NCBI GenBank assembly: GCA_963662945.1
Contig: OY759974.1
Location: 512,001-576,000 of the forward strand
Source: Arcobacteraceae bacterium
GTDB taxonomy: Bacteria; Campylobacterota; Campylobacteria; Campylobacterales; Arcobacteraceae
Reading direction: 5' to 3'
DNA length: 64,000 bases
Part shown: one piece after another, positions 1-8,951 of the stretch
How the letters are laid out: each line of letters starts with the position of its first letter
Numbering within the stretch: position 1 is the stretch's first letter
Program-made: the position numbers and the translations under genes
Notes under the pieces: generated by a model
Database searches by the model: none
Told to the model about the DNA's origin: nothing
The model's input: only the letters and a program-made list of their open reading frames with translations

Positions 1-1
1 G

Positions 2-310
2 GTTTTAGCTGCTATAGCTGGATATAATGGTTTACAACTAGTAGGTATGGAAGAGGGAATTTTAATCTCAATTGCTGTAGTATTTGGTCTTATTGGATTT
101 GCTTCTAAGCTTCCAATTGGTACTATTGTAGCTGTAGTTGCATTTTTTGGTATGTTTCATGGATTTGCACATGGAGCAGAGTTTACAACAGGAAACTTTA
201 TAGCTTATATGTTTGGATTTTCAAGTTCAACGTTAATACTTCATTTAAGTGGTATGGCGATGGCTTACTTATATACAAAACAAGCACAATTAGTATTCAG
301 TAATAACTAA
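2..310 (+). CDS. HupE/UreJ-family nickel transporter (5' truncated by window edge)
   Basis: Frame is open from position 2; FHGFAHGAE motif typical of HupE/UreJ; hydrophobic; next to hyp genes. Confidence 0.8.
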   Translation, partial: VLAAIAGYNGLQLVGMEEGILISIAVVFGLIGFASKLPIGTIVAVVAFFGMFHGFAHGAEFTTGNFIAYMFGFSSSTLILHLSGMAMAYLYTKQAQLVFSNN

Positions 311-327
311 AACTCTAAAGAGGTAAG

Positions 328-966
328 ATGGAATTAGGTCTATTATTAATTTTTTGGTATGGTATCTTACACGCTTTTGGACCTGACCATCTTACTGCTA
401 TTGCAGACTTTTCTATAGGGAAATCTAAAAAGAAAACTTTATTGATAACAATTGCATTCGCCATAGGACATGGTGTGATGCTTTTTTTATTTGCAAAACT
501 TTTAGAATTTTATAATCTACCAGAGTATATTACAAATTATGGGGATACAATTAGTTCAATTGTAATTTTATCTATGGGACTTTATATACTATTTATGGTT
601 TTTTCAGATAGAATTCAACTCAAGATTCATAATCATGCAGGGAAAGAACATATTCACATTTGGTTTGGAAAAAATCACGAACATGACAATACTGCTACAA
701 CTTCAGCCTTTACTATTGGGGCTTTAATGGGTATTGGTGGAGTTAGAGGTATGCTAGTTACATTAGGACTAATTGAAGGTCAAAGTGTTGATTTAAGTTT
801 AATACTCATGTTTATTTTAGGGGTTAGTGTAGTCTTTGTTTCACTAGGTGTTATCATACTCTATATAAATCAAAATCTCTTAAATAATATACAAAATATA
901 CGAAGAGTATTTACAACAGTTGGAACTATTTCTGTACTTGTTGGTATAAATATGCTTGTAGGCTAA
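328..966 (+). CDS. Nickel/cobalt transporter (NiCoT/UreH-like membrane protein)
   Basis: HAFGPDH TM1 signature, FAIGH, His-rich loop HNH..HIH..HEH. Confidence 0.75.
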   Translation: MELGLLLIFWYGILHAFGPDHLTAIADFSIGKSKKKTLLITIAFAIGHGVMLFLFAKLLEFYNLPEYITNYGDTISSIVILSMGLYILFMVFSDRIQLKIHNHAGKEHIHIWFGKNHEHDNTATTSAFTIGALMGIGGVRGMLVTLGLIEGQSVDLSLILMFILGVSVVFVSLGVIILYINQNLLNNIQNIRRVFTTVGTISVLVGINMLVG

Positions 967-998
967 ATAAAATAATTTTAATAAAAAAAGGAAGAAAT

Positions 999-1784
999 AT
1001 GTGTAAAGATTGCGGTTGTAGTATAACAGAACATGAACATAGTCATCATCATACTCATGAGGAGGAAGGACATCACCACCATCATCACCATGATGATAAA
1101 ATGGAAAATGTTCATGCAAACCCACAGTTAAATGATAAGAAAACAGTTGATGTTATCAAAAAAATATTAGATAAAAATGATCATGAAGCTATGCATAATA
1201 GAAAACATTTTGACTCTCATAATGTATTAGCAATCAACCTTATGTCAAGCCCAGGAAGTGGGAAAACAACACTTTTAGAAAAACTAGCAGACATCGCTCC
1301 TTTTAAATTTGGTGTTATTGAAGGTGATTTAGAAACTTCAAGAGATGCAGATAGACTCAAAGCAAAAGGGATTCCAGCATATCAAATACAAACAGGTTCA
1401 GCTTGTCATCTTGATGCATTTATGGTACATAAAGGGCTTCATGATATGCCTTTAAATGATATAGATATTTGTTTTGTAGAAAATGTTGGGAATCTTGTTT
1501 GTCCTGCTTCTTATGATGTAGGAACTCACCTAAATATTGTCCTTGTATCAGTTCCTGAAGGAAATGATAAAATAGAAAAATACCCAGTTATGTTTAGAAG
1601 TGCAGACTTAGTGCTTATTACTAAAACCGATTTATTAGCACATTTTGATTATGATATAGAACATGAAAAACAAGAAGCTAGAAGATTAAAACCAAATGTG
1701 GATATTTTAGAAGTAAGTACAAAAGATGAAGCTTCTATACAAAAAGTAGTAAATTGGATAAAATTTAAAATGGAGATGCGATAA
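999..1784 (+). CDS. hypB: Hydrogenase nickel incorporation GTPase HypB
   Basis: N-terminal MCKDCGC, His-rich tract, SSPGSGKT P-loop, CHLDA, ENVGNLVCP, TKTD. Confidence 0.97.
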   Translation: MCKDCGCSITEHEHSHHHTHEEEGHHHHHHHDDKMENVHANPQLNDKKTVDVIKKILDKNDHEAMHNRKHFDSHNVLAINLMSSPGSGKTTLLEKLADIAPFKFGVIEGDLETSRDADRLKAKGIPAYQIQTGSACHLDAFMVHKGLHDMPLNDIDICFVENVGNLVCPASYDVGTHLNIVLVSVPEGNDKIEKYPVMFRSADLVLITKTDLLAHFDYDIEHEKQEARRLKPNVDILEVSTKDEASIQKVVNWIKFKMEMR

Positions 1785-1785
1785 T

Positions 1786-2070
1786 ATGTGTTTATCAATA
1801 CCTAGTCGTGTAACAAAGATAGATAAAAAAAACAATATGGCTACAGTGGATACTATGGGTATTTCACGAGAAGCCAGTCTTGATTTAATGGAAGATGGTG
1901 ATGTAAATATTGGAGATTATGTTTTACTTCACATTGGCTTTATTATGAATAAGATTGATGAAGAAGATGCTCTAGCCTCCCTAGAAACCTATCAAGAAAT
2001 TTTACAAGCAATGGATGAAGAGGAGAGGCAAAAAGCTATAGAAGAAAGCGACAACTGTCCAAATGGATAA
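1786..2070 (+). CDS. hypC: Hydrogenase assembly chaperone HypC
   Basis: MCLSIP N-terminus, GDYVLLHIGF. Confidence 0.96.
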   Translation: MCLSIPSRVTKIDKKNNMATVDTMGISREASLDLMEDGDVNIGDYVLLHIGFIMNKIDEEDALASLETYQEILQAMDEEERQKAIEESDNCPNG

Positions 2071-3187
2071 ACTACAATTAAAAGATTTATACGATGGTTT
2101 TCGGCAACCTGAAGTTATAAAATCTTATGCAAGACTCATTTCAAAAGAGGCTCTACAATTACAAAAGCCTATAAATATTATGGAAGTATGTGGCGGACAT
2201 ACGCATAGTATTATGAAATATGGTTTAAATCAACTACTTCCAGAAAATGTAAACTTTATACACGGACCAGGATGTCCTGTCTGTGTAATGCCAAAAGAGA
2301 GAATTGATCATGCTTACACTTTAGCTCTACTTCCTAATGTAATTTTAGTAACATTAGGAGATATGATAAAAGTACCTGGAAGTAATGGTAACTTGCAAGA
2401 TGCAAGAGCAAAAGGTGCCGATGTACGATTTGTTTATTCTCCTCTTGATTGTCTTAAAATTGCTAGTGAAAATTCTGATAAAACAATCATCTTTTTTGCT
2501 ATAGGGTTTGAAACTACAACTCCTATGACTACAGCACTTATAAATCAAGTGATACAAAAAGACATCAAAAATATACTTTTTCATATCAATCACATCACAG
2601 TACCTGAACCTATGAAGATTTTATTAGATGATCCTACAAATACGATAGATGCTTTTATAGGACCTTCTCATGTTAGTGTTATAAGTGGTAGTAAAATCTA
2701 TGATGAGTTTGCACAAAACTATAAAAAACCTGTCGTTGTAAGTGGTTTTGAACCACTTGATGTGATGCAATCTGTTCTAATGATTTTAAAACAAATCAAT
2801 GAAGGAAGATGTGAAGTTGAAGTTGAATATAGTAGAAGCGTTTCAAAAGAAGGTAACCTCGTAGCTCAAAAACTCAATGATAAGTATTTTGAAAGAAGAG
2901 AGCATTTTAGATGGAGAGGGATTGGGGATATTCCAAAGAGTGCCTTAAAACTTAAAAGTGAATACTCTTATCTTGATGCCGAAGTAAAATATGCTGATAT
3001 TCTCCCTACACAACTTATAGATGACCACAAACTTTGTATTTGTGGAGAGATACTCAAAGGGAAAGCAAATCCAGTTGACTGTAAAGTATTTGGAAAAGCC
3101 TGTACACCATCAACTCCACTTGGAAGTTGTATGGTAAGCAGTGAGGGTGCTTGTGCTGCTTATTATAAATATGGTGGTATTTTATAA
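2063..3187 (+). CDS. hypD: Hydrogenase maturation protein HypD
   Basis: MEVCGGHT, GPGCPVC, GFETT, CMVSSEGACAAYY motifs. Confidence 0.98.
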   Translation: MDKLQLKDLYDGFRQPEVIKSYARLISKEALQLQKPINIMEVCGGHTHSIMKYGLNQLLPENVNFIHGPGCPVCVMPKERIDHAYTLALLPNVILVTLGDMIKVPGSNGNLQDARAKGADVRFVYSPLDCLKIASENSDKTIIFFAIGFETTTPMTTALINQVIQKDIKNILFHINHITVPEPMKILLDDPTNTIDAFIGPSHVSVISGSKIYDEFAQNYKKPVVVSGFEPLDVMQSVLMILKQINEGRCEVEVEYSRSVSKEGNLVAQKLNDKYFERREHFRWRGIGDIPKSALKLKSEYSYLDAEVKYADILPTQLIDDHKLCICGEILKGKANPVDCKVFGKACTPSTPLGSCMVSSEGACAAYYKYGGIL

Positions 3188-3540
3188 TGGATTTAGACAA
3201 AATAAAACAAAGAATACAAAAATTTAGTGATGATAGAAATTGGAACTCTCACCACAATCCTAAAAATCTAGTTATGGCGCTCAGTGGGGAAGTTGGAGAG
3301 CTCAATGAAATATTTCAATGGCTTGATTTTGATGACTCTTTGAAGCTTCCCCCAGAAGTTTTAGAACATACAAAAGAGGAAGTGGCAGACATAGCTATTT
3401 ACTTACTTCGTCTTTGTATGAAACTTGATATAGACCTAGAAGATGCAATTCATAATAAAATGGGTAAAAATGAGATAAAATATCCTATTCACAATTCAAA
3501 AGGTGACCAGAAAAAATATAGTAAAAGTCTAAATAGATAA
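3187..3540 (+). CDS. MazG-like nucleotide pyrophosphohydrolase (dCTP pyrophosphatase type)
   Basis: RNW..HNPKNL..L..EVGEL.E.FQW ... EEVAD motif. Confidence 0.85.
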   Translation: MDLDKIKQRIQKFSDDRNWNSHHNPKNLVMALSGEVGELNEIFQWLDFDDSLKLPPEVLEHTKEEVADIAIYLLRLCMKLDIDLEDAIHNKMGKNEIKYPIHNSKGDQKKYSKSLNR

Positions 3541-3554
3541 GAAAGCACAAATAT

Positions 3555-4529
3555 ATGAATTTAAAACAATATAAACAAAAACTCATTGATTTATTAATTA
3601 CTCTAAAACAATTTGATATCAATAAAGCAGATGATGATTATCAAGAACTAGAAAAGCTTTTTGATGTGGTATATAAAAGTGGTGTTTTAAATATCACTCA
3701 CCTTGAAAAAAACATACAAGATGAATTTAAATTAGAACTTTTTACATTTCTATCAAGTATATCAGGTAGCTTAGCATTTTTAACTATACAAATATTAGCA
3801 GCTTATAATATTATGACAAAAAACAATTTTCACAAACGAGAATTTTATTGTCATAAAAAATGTGGAATAGCTATTAATCATCTTCGGGCTCCTGTAACAG
3901 TCATTAGTGGTAAAAAAGTTGCAGGTGGTTTTATACTTAACGGAACTTTAACATGGGCAAGTGGTTACAAAATATTTGATACGCTTCTTATTGGTTTTCA
4001 TAATGATGATTTTGAATATGAAGCAATGACACAATTTACACAACAAAAGGGATTTCATATAGGTGAAATAGAAAAAACATTTGTTGGATATGCACTTAAT
4101 ACTGTAAATATTGAACTCGAAGATTTTTTTGTTAAAGATGAAGATATTATTTCATCGCACGATATAGGAAATTATACACAAGTAAAATCCGCATCAAAAA
4201 CTGTACATTTTTGTCTTTATGGATTGGCATTATCTGCAATTTTACAATCACATAACAAACAATTTATCTCAAAAGCAACTTATGACCTTGAAACAATAAA
4301 AAATAAAATAATTAACTCTACAGACACTTATGAACTTGACCTTTTACGTGTTGAACTATTTGATTTAGCACAAGATATAGTTACTACTGCTATGACTTTA
4401 TTAGGTGGTATTTCTGTGTTATCATCACAAAATCTACAAAGAGCATATAGAGAGCTTATAATGTTTAATTCAAATGGTTTAAATGATACTTTAAAAGATA
4501 TCTTTAAAACAAAATTTATCAATAGATAA
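3555..4529 (+). CDS. Acyl-CoA dehydrogenase-fold flavoprotein, substrate unknown
   Basis: SGSLAF, GFILNG..TWASG, C-terminal LGG....LQRAYRE pattern. Confidence 0.6.
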   Translation: MNLKQYKQKLIDLLITLKQFDINKADDDYQELEKLFDVVYKSGVLNITHLEKNIQDEFKLELFTFLSSISGSLAFLTIQILAAYNIMTKNNFHKREFYCHKKCGIAINHLRAPVTVISGKKVAGGFILNGTLTWASGYKIFDTLLIGFHNDDFEYEAMTQFTQQKGFHIGEIEKTFVGYALNTVNIELEDFFVKDEDIISSHDIGNYTQVKSASKTVHFCLYGLALSAILQSHNKQFISKATYDLETIKNKIINSTDTYELDLLRVELFDLAQDIVTTAMTLLGGISVLSSQNLQRAYRELIMFNSNGLNDTLKDIFKTKFINR

Positions 4530-4532
4530 CTT

Positions 4533-5222
4533 ATGTATCAAATATCATTTATAGACCTTATTTGGATAGTATTACCACTTTTATTTGTTTATTATATCTA
4601 TCAAAAATGGAGCAATGACAAAATAACTATCCCCTATGCCATATCGCGAATGTTTTTACAACTTATCGTTATAGGATATGTCCTCACCTATATTTTTGAA
4701 ACAAAAAACTTTTATATTATCATGGCTATACTTTCTATTATGCTTATTGTTGCTAGCATTATAAGTTTACGCCCTGTTGCAAAAAAAAATCTACAACTTT
4801 ATTGGTTTAGTTTTCTATCTATTTTTATTGGTGGTGGTATCACTTTGGTATTTGTTATTGGAGGTGTTTTAAATCTTACACTTTGGTATGAACCTCGTTT
4901 TTTAATACCACTTGCAGGTATGATTTTTGCTAATTCTATGAATAGTGTTTCTATCTCTGCTGAACGATTTAATGTAGAATATGAAAGAAGTTTTCAATAT
5001 GAAAGTTCACGAAATACAGCCTATAAAGCGGCACTTATTCCAACTATAAATACCCTCTTTGCTGTTGGACTTGTATCTATTCCTGGTATGATGACAGGGC
5101 AAATACTTTCAGGTGTTTCTCCACTTATTGCGGTAAAATATCAAATTATGGTTATGTGTATGATACTAGTAAGTAGTGGTATATCAACAGCCATGTATCT
5201 CAAACTACTACAACAAAGGTAA
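4533..5222 (+). CDS. FetB/YbbM (UPF0014) ABC-type permease
   Basis: R...QL..IGYVL, IPLAGMI..NSM, GLVSIPGMMTGQILSG..P..AVKYQI. Confidence 0.88.
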   Translation: MYQISFIDLIWIVLPLLFVYYIYQKWSNDKITIPYAISRMFLQLIVIGYVLTYIFETKNFYIIMAILSIMLIVASIISLRPVAKKNLQLYWFSFLSIFIGGGITLVFVIGGVLNLTLWYEPRFLIPLAGMIFANSMNSVSISAERFNVEYERSFQYESSRNTAYKAALIPTINTLFAVGLVSIPGMMTGQILSGVSPLIAVKYQIMVMCMILVSSGISTAMYLKLLQQR

Positions 5223-5225
5223 TAA

Positions 5226-5894
5226 ATGTCAGAATTAGAAAATGAATTTTTAGATAATAAAAATAAAGAAAAAGATATATGGAGAATGTTCAAAATATTA
5301 AGTGATTTTACAGATGCTTATGAAGATTTAAATACTCTTCCTCCTGCTATATCTATTTTTGGAAGTGCTAGAACTACTAAAGATGACCCTAACTACACAA
5401 AAGCTTATAAACTTTCTAAACGATTATCAAAAGAAGGCTTCGCTATCATCACAGGAGGTGGCGGTGGTATAATGGAAGCTGGAAACAAAGGTGCAAAAAT
5501 CTCTGTAGGACTTAATATCCAGCTACCAAATGAACAAAAAATGAATAAATTTGTAAAAAAAGCTTTACATTTTAGATATTTTTTTACAAGAAAAGTAACT
5601 TTTATCAAATACTCTGTTGCTTTTGTGGTTATGCCTGGAGGATTTGGAACTTTAGATGAACTTTCTGAAGCTTTATGTTTAGTTCAAACTAAAAGAATGG
5701 GTGCATTCCCAATAGTTTTATTTGGAAAAGAATTTTTTGCTCCACTTGAGGATTTTTTTAAAATGATGCTTAAACACAAATATATAGATAAAAAAGATAT
5801 GTCAACGTACCTTATCACTGATGATATAGATGAAGCGGTATCTTATATAGAAAAATACACTATTAAAAATGGATATAACTCATGGGCACAATAA
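5226..5894 (+). CDS. LOG-family (TIGR00730) nucleotide phosphoribohydrolase
   Basis: FGSART, TGGGGGIMEA, FFTRK, PGGFGTLDE. Confidence 0.92.
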   Translation: MSELENEFLDNKNKEKDIWRMFKILSDFTDAYEDLNTLPPAISIFGSARTTKDDPNYTKAYKLSKRLSKEGFAIITGGGGGIMEAGNKGAKISVGLNIQLPNEQKMNKFVKKALHFRYFFTRKVTFIKYSVAFVVMPGGFGTLDELSEALCLVQTKRMGAFPIVLFGKEFFAPLEDFFKMMLKHKYIDKKDMSTYLITDDIDEAVSYIEKYTIKNGYNSWAQ

Positions 5895-6871
5895 AACTAG
5901 CACACGGAAACGGTGGAGAAGAAAATAATAAACTTATAAGTGAAGTTTTTTACAAAGCTTTTCAAAATGAAATTTTAGCCAAAAGCGAAGATGCTGCAGT
6001 TATAGAAAATGGTAAACTTGCTTTTTCAACAGATAGCTTTACTGTAAGCCCCCTATTCTTCAGTGGAGCAAATATAGGAAAACTTGCTATTTGTGGTACT
6101 TGTAATGATTTAGCAATGATGGGTGCACGTCCTAAATATCTCACTTGTAGTGTGATTATTGAAGAAGGTTTTAGTATTGATGATTTAAATACCATTGTAG
6201 CTTCTATGAAAGAAGAATTAGAAAAGAATGGAGCAATAGTCGTAAGTGGTGACACAAAGGTTATGCCCAAAGGAACCATTGATAAAATTATTATAAATAC
6301 AACTGGAATTGGAGAAATACTCAAACACAATATTAGTTCAAACAATATTTCATCTGAAGATATAATACTTGTAAATAGAGATATAGGAGCTCATGGAGCT
6401 ACAATCTTTACAGCTCGTGAAGGAATTGATATGAGCAGTAGTTTACAAAGTGATTGTACCTCTTTATATCCAATTGTAAAAGCTTTAATTGATGCAAATA
6501 TCAAGATAACAGCAATGAGAGATGCAACAAGAGGTGGAGTGAGTGCAGTACTAAATGAATGGTCAAAACAATCAAACATATGTATTGAAGTTAATGAAGA
6601 GACAATACCTGTTAGTGATGAAGTAAATGGTGTGTGTGAAATGCTAGGTTTTGAACCAACATCTTTGGCAAATGAAGGAACTTTTGTACTTGCAATCAAT
6701 AAAGAGGATCAATACAAAGCTCTCGAAATATTAAAAGATTTTAATCAAAATGCTTCAATCATAGGAAAAGTAACTGATAAATATCTGCAAAAAGTTGTTT
6801 TAAATAGTGCCTATGGTACTTCAAGATTTTTAGATACACCAACAGGTGAATTACTTCCAAGAATTTGTTAA
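5882..6871 (+). CDS. hypE: Hydrogenase maturation carbamoyl dehydratase HypE
   Basis: LAHGNGG, GDTKV, RDATRGG, C-terminal LPRIC. Confidence 0.97.
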   Translation: MGTIKLAHGNGGEENNKLISEVFYKAFQNEILAKSEDAAVIENGKLAFSTDSFTVSPLFFSGANIGKLAICGTCNDLAMMGARPKYLTCSVIIEEGFSIDDLNTIVASMKEELEKNGAIVVSGDTKVMPKGTIDKIIINTTGIGEILKHNISSNNISSEDIILVNRDIGAHGATIFTAREGIDMSSSLQSDCTSLYPIVKALIDANIKITAMRDATRGGVSAVLNEWSKQSNICIEVNEETIPVSDEVNGVCEMLGFEPTSLANEGTFVLAINKEDQYKALEILKDFNQNASIIGKVTDKYLQKVVLNSAYGTSRFLDTPTGELLPRIC

Positions 6872-6879
6872 TATTTTCT

Positions 6880-6909
6880 AACCTTATAGTTTATAACAAC
6901 AATAAGGTT
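6880..6909. terminator. Hairpin between convergent hypE and Na/Pi transporter
   Basis: AACCTTATAGTT...AACAATAAGGTT inverted repeat with one mismatch. Confidence 0.55.
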
Positions 6910-8514
6910 TTATTTAGCAGAAGTTAAAATAGCATTATATAGATAATAATTAATACGATAAATATGTATACTTACTCGATATAGCCATCGTATAGCTTCT
7001 AATTTGTCTGAACCACCTGGTACATCTAAATCTCCACTTGCTATTTGATTTGCTATCTCTTCCCTAAAATTTTGTTTAATTTGTTCTATATTATGAGTTA
7101 ATTCTTCACTACTCTTTACAACATCACTCCATTTGTTTGTTTCTTGAACTGATAAAGTTTCTAAAATAATAGTATCCAACTGTTTCACTATACTTTGTAA
7201 TTGTTCTATGTTTTTTGCACAAACAGCTCTATCTTCTTCCTCTTCACAACGTTCATGTAATCTTTGAAGATGGTCAATTATATGTATAATTGCTACCAAA
7301 TAATCCCAATTTGGGCCATCTTTATAATGTATATGAATTTTATCAGCAAATTTATGTGTTTCATCAAGTACTGTTTGTATCTCTTGAATATCCATACGCA
7401 TATATTTAGAATTATCATCAAATACAGCACTGATATGCCCTAAAATTACCTGATACTCTTTCATAACACTTTGTAACAACATATTTAATGCCATTCTTGG
7501 ATCTTGCAGTAACTCATCATCTAGATTTTTAATAAAAATACTTTCTTTCTCTTTGATGATTTTTTTAATAAATTCTGCAAAAATATTTGTAAATGGTAAA
7601 ATCAATAAAACACTAATAATATTAAATGCACTGTGAAATGCTACCAAAGCAATCTCTTCATTTTCTCTAATAGAATCAGGCTGTATATATTCCCAAATTC
7701 CTATATATGGACTGATAAACATAAAAGCAAATAGTGCACTCATAAAATTATATATCACATGAGAAAAGCCTGTTCTTCTAGCATTTATATTTCCACCAAT
7801 AGTGGCCATAGCAGCTGTCACAGTTGTCCCTACATCCATACCAATAACCAAAGCTGCTGCTTGTTCAAAGTTCACAGCACCACCATAAAGAAGTGTTAAA
7901 GTCACAGCAATACCTGCACTTGAAGCTTGAGTAATCATTGTAACAATAATTCCAATTGCTATTAATATCAATCGTCCAGTGATAGAATCCTGTGGTAAAA
8001 TTTCAGGTGTTATAATGTTTTCAAAACCTTTCACAGCTTCTTGCATCGTGTCAATACCAACAAAAATAAGTCCAAAACCTGCAATTGCAAAACCAATCGA
8101 AGCTAAATTATTTTTTGTAAAAAGTTTTAAAATTGCTCCAAAAAAAATCAAAGGTAATACAGCAGTCCCAAGACTAAATTTAAATCCAAACAAAGCAACA
8201 ATCCAACCAGTGAAAGTACTTCCAATATTTGCACCAAATATAATACCAAGAGATTGAGAAAAAGTGATAATACCAGCACCCACAAACCCTACAGCTGTAA
8301 CAGTTGTAGCACTAGAAGATTGTAACATTGTAGTCATAAAAGCACCACTCATGGCACCACTATATGGACTTTTGGTAAATCGTAGCATTATATTGCGTAA
8401 AGTATCTCCAGCTACAGACTGCAAACCTTTCGTCATAATAATTAGCCCAATCAAAAATATCCCAAGTCCACCAATTAAAGTAACAACTACCGCTATCTTT
8501 GAAAAGTCTATCAT
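6910..8514 (-). CDS. Na+/phosphate cotransporter (NptA/YjbB family) with PhoU-like C-terminus
   Basis: QSSSATT and QASSA repeats, GANIGST, GMDVGTT. Confidence 0.9.
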   Translation of the reverse strand: MIDFSKIAVVVTLIGGLGIFLIGLIIMTKGLQSVAGDTLRNIMLRFTKSPYSGAMSGAFMTTMLQSSSATTVTAVGFVGAGIITFSQSLGIIFGANIGSTFTGWIVALFGFKFSLGTAVLPLIFFGAILKLFTKNNLASIGFAIAGFGLIFVGIDTMQEAVKGFENIITPEILPQDSITGRLILIAIGIIVTMITQASSAGIAVTLTLLYGGAVNFEQAAALVIGMDVGTTVTAAMATIGGNINARRTGFSHVIYNFMSALFAFMFISPYIGIWEYIQPDSIRENEEIALVAFHSAFNIISVLLILPFTNIFAEFIKKIIKEKESIFIKNLDDELLQDPRMALNMLLQSVMKEYQVILGHISAVFDDNSKYMRMDIQEIQTVLDETHKFADKIHIHYKDGPNWDYLVAIIHIIDHLQRLHERCEEEEDRAVCAKNIEQLQSIVKQLDTIILETLSVQETNKWSDVVKSSEELTHNIEQIKQNFREEIANQIASGDLDVPGGSDKLEAIRWLYRVSIHIYRINYYLYNAILTSAK

Positions 8515-8600
8515 TTGTACACCAATATTTTTCTTCTAGTTTACATATTTTTTTATTAATTGTTGCTATAATAGATAAAAATATTACAAAGGATAACTAT

Positions 8601-8942
8601 ATGCATGAGTATAGTATTGTACAATCACTTTTAGATAGTTGCGAAGAAAATGCAAAAGCCAATGATGCTACAAAAGTTACAAAAGTTGTAGTCAAAATTG
8701 GTGTTATGAGTGGTGTAGAACCTGATCTTTTACAAACAGCATTTGATACTTTCAAAGAAGAGACAATTTGTCATGATGCTCAGTTTATCATTAATATTCA
8801 AAAAGTAAAAATACTTTGTAATGAATGTCAAACAACAAGTGAATTAGAAAAAAATGAATACTGCTGTCCAAAATGTAAAAGTACCCAACTAAATATTCTT
8901 GATGGAGAAGAAATGTATCTTATGCAATTAGAGTTAGAATAA
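8601..8942 (+). CDS. hypA: Hydrogenase nickel metallochaperone HypA
   Basis: MHEYS start at 8601 after AAGGA RBS (ORF track start is over-extended); two CxxC pairs. Confidence 0.96.
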   Translation: MHEYSIVQSLLDSCEENAKANDATKVTKVVVKIGVMSGVEPDLLQTAFDTFKEETICHDAQFIINIQKVKILCNECQTTSELEKNEYCCPKCKSTQLNILDGEEMYLMQLELE

Positions 8943-8951
8943 TCTTCCTAT

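Noticed and set aside
880-1125. Antisense Asp/His-rich 81-aa ORF
   Set aside because: Shadow of the hypB His-codon tract; no RBS or family features
8499-8600. Long N-terminal extension of HypA
   Set aside because: HypA requires the MHE N-terminus; the RBS supports ATG 8601
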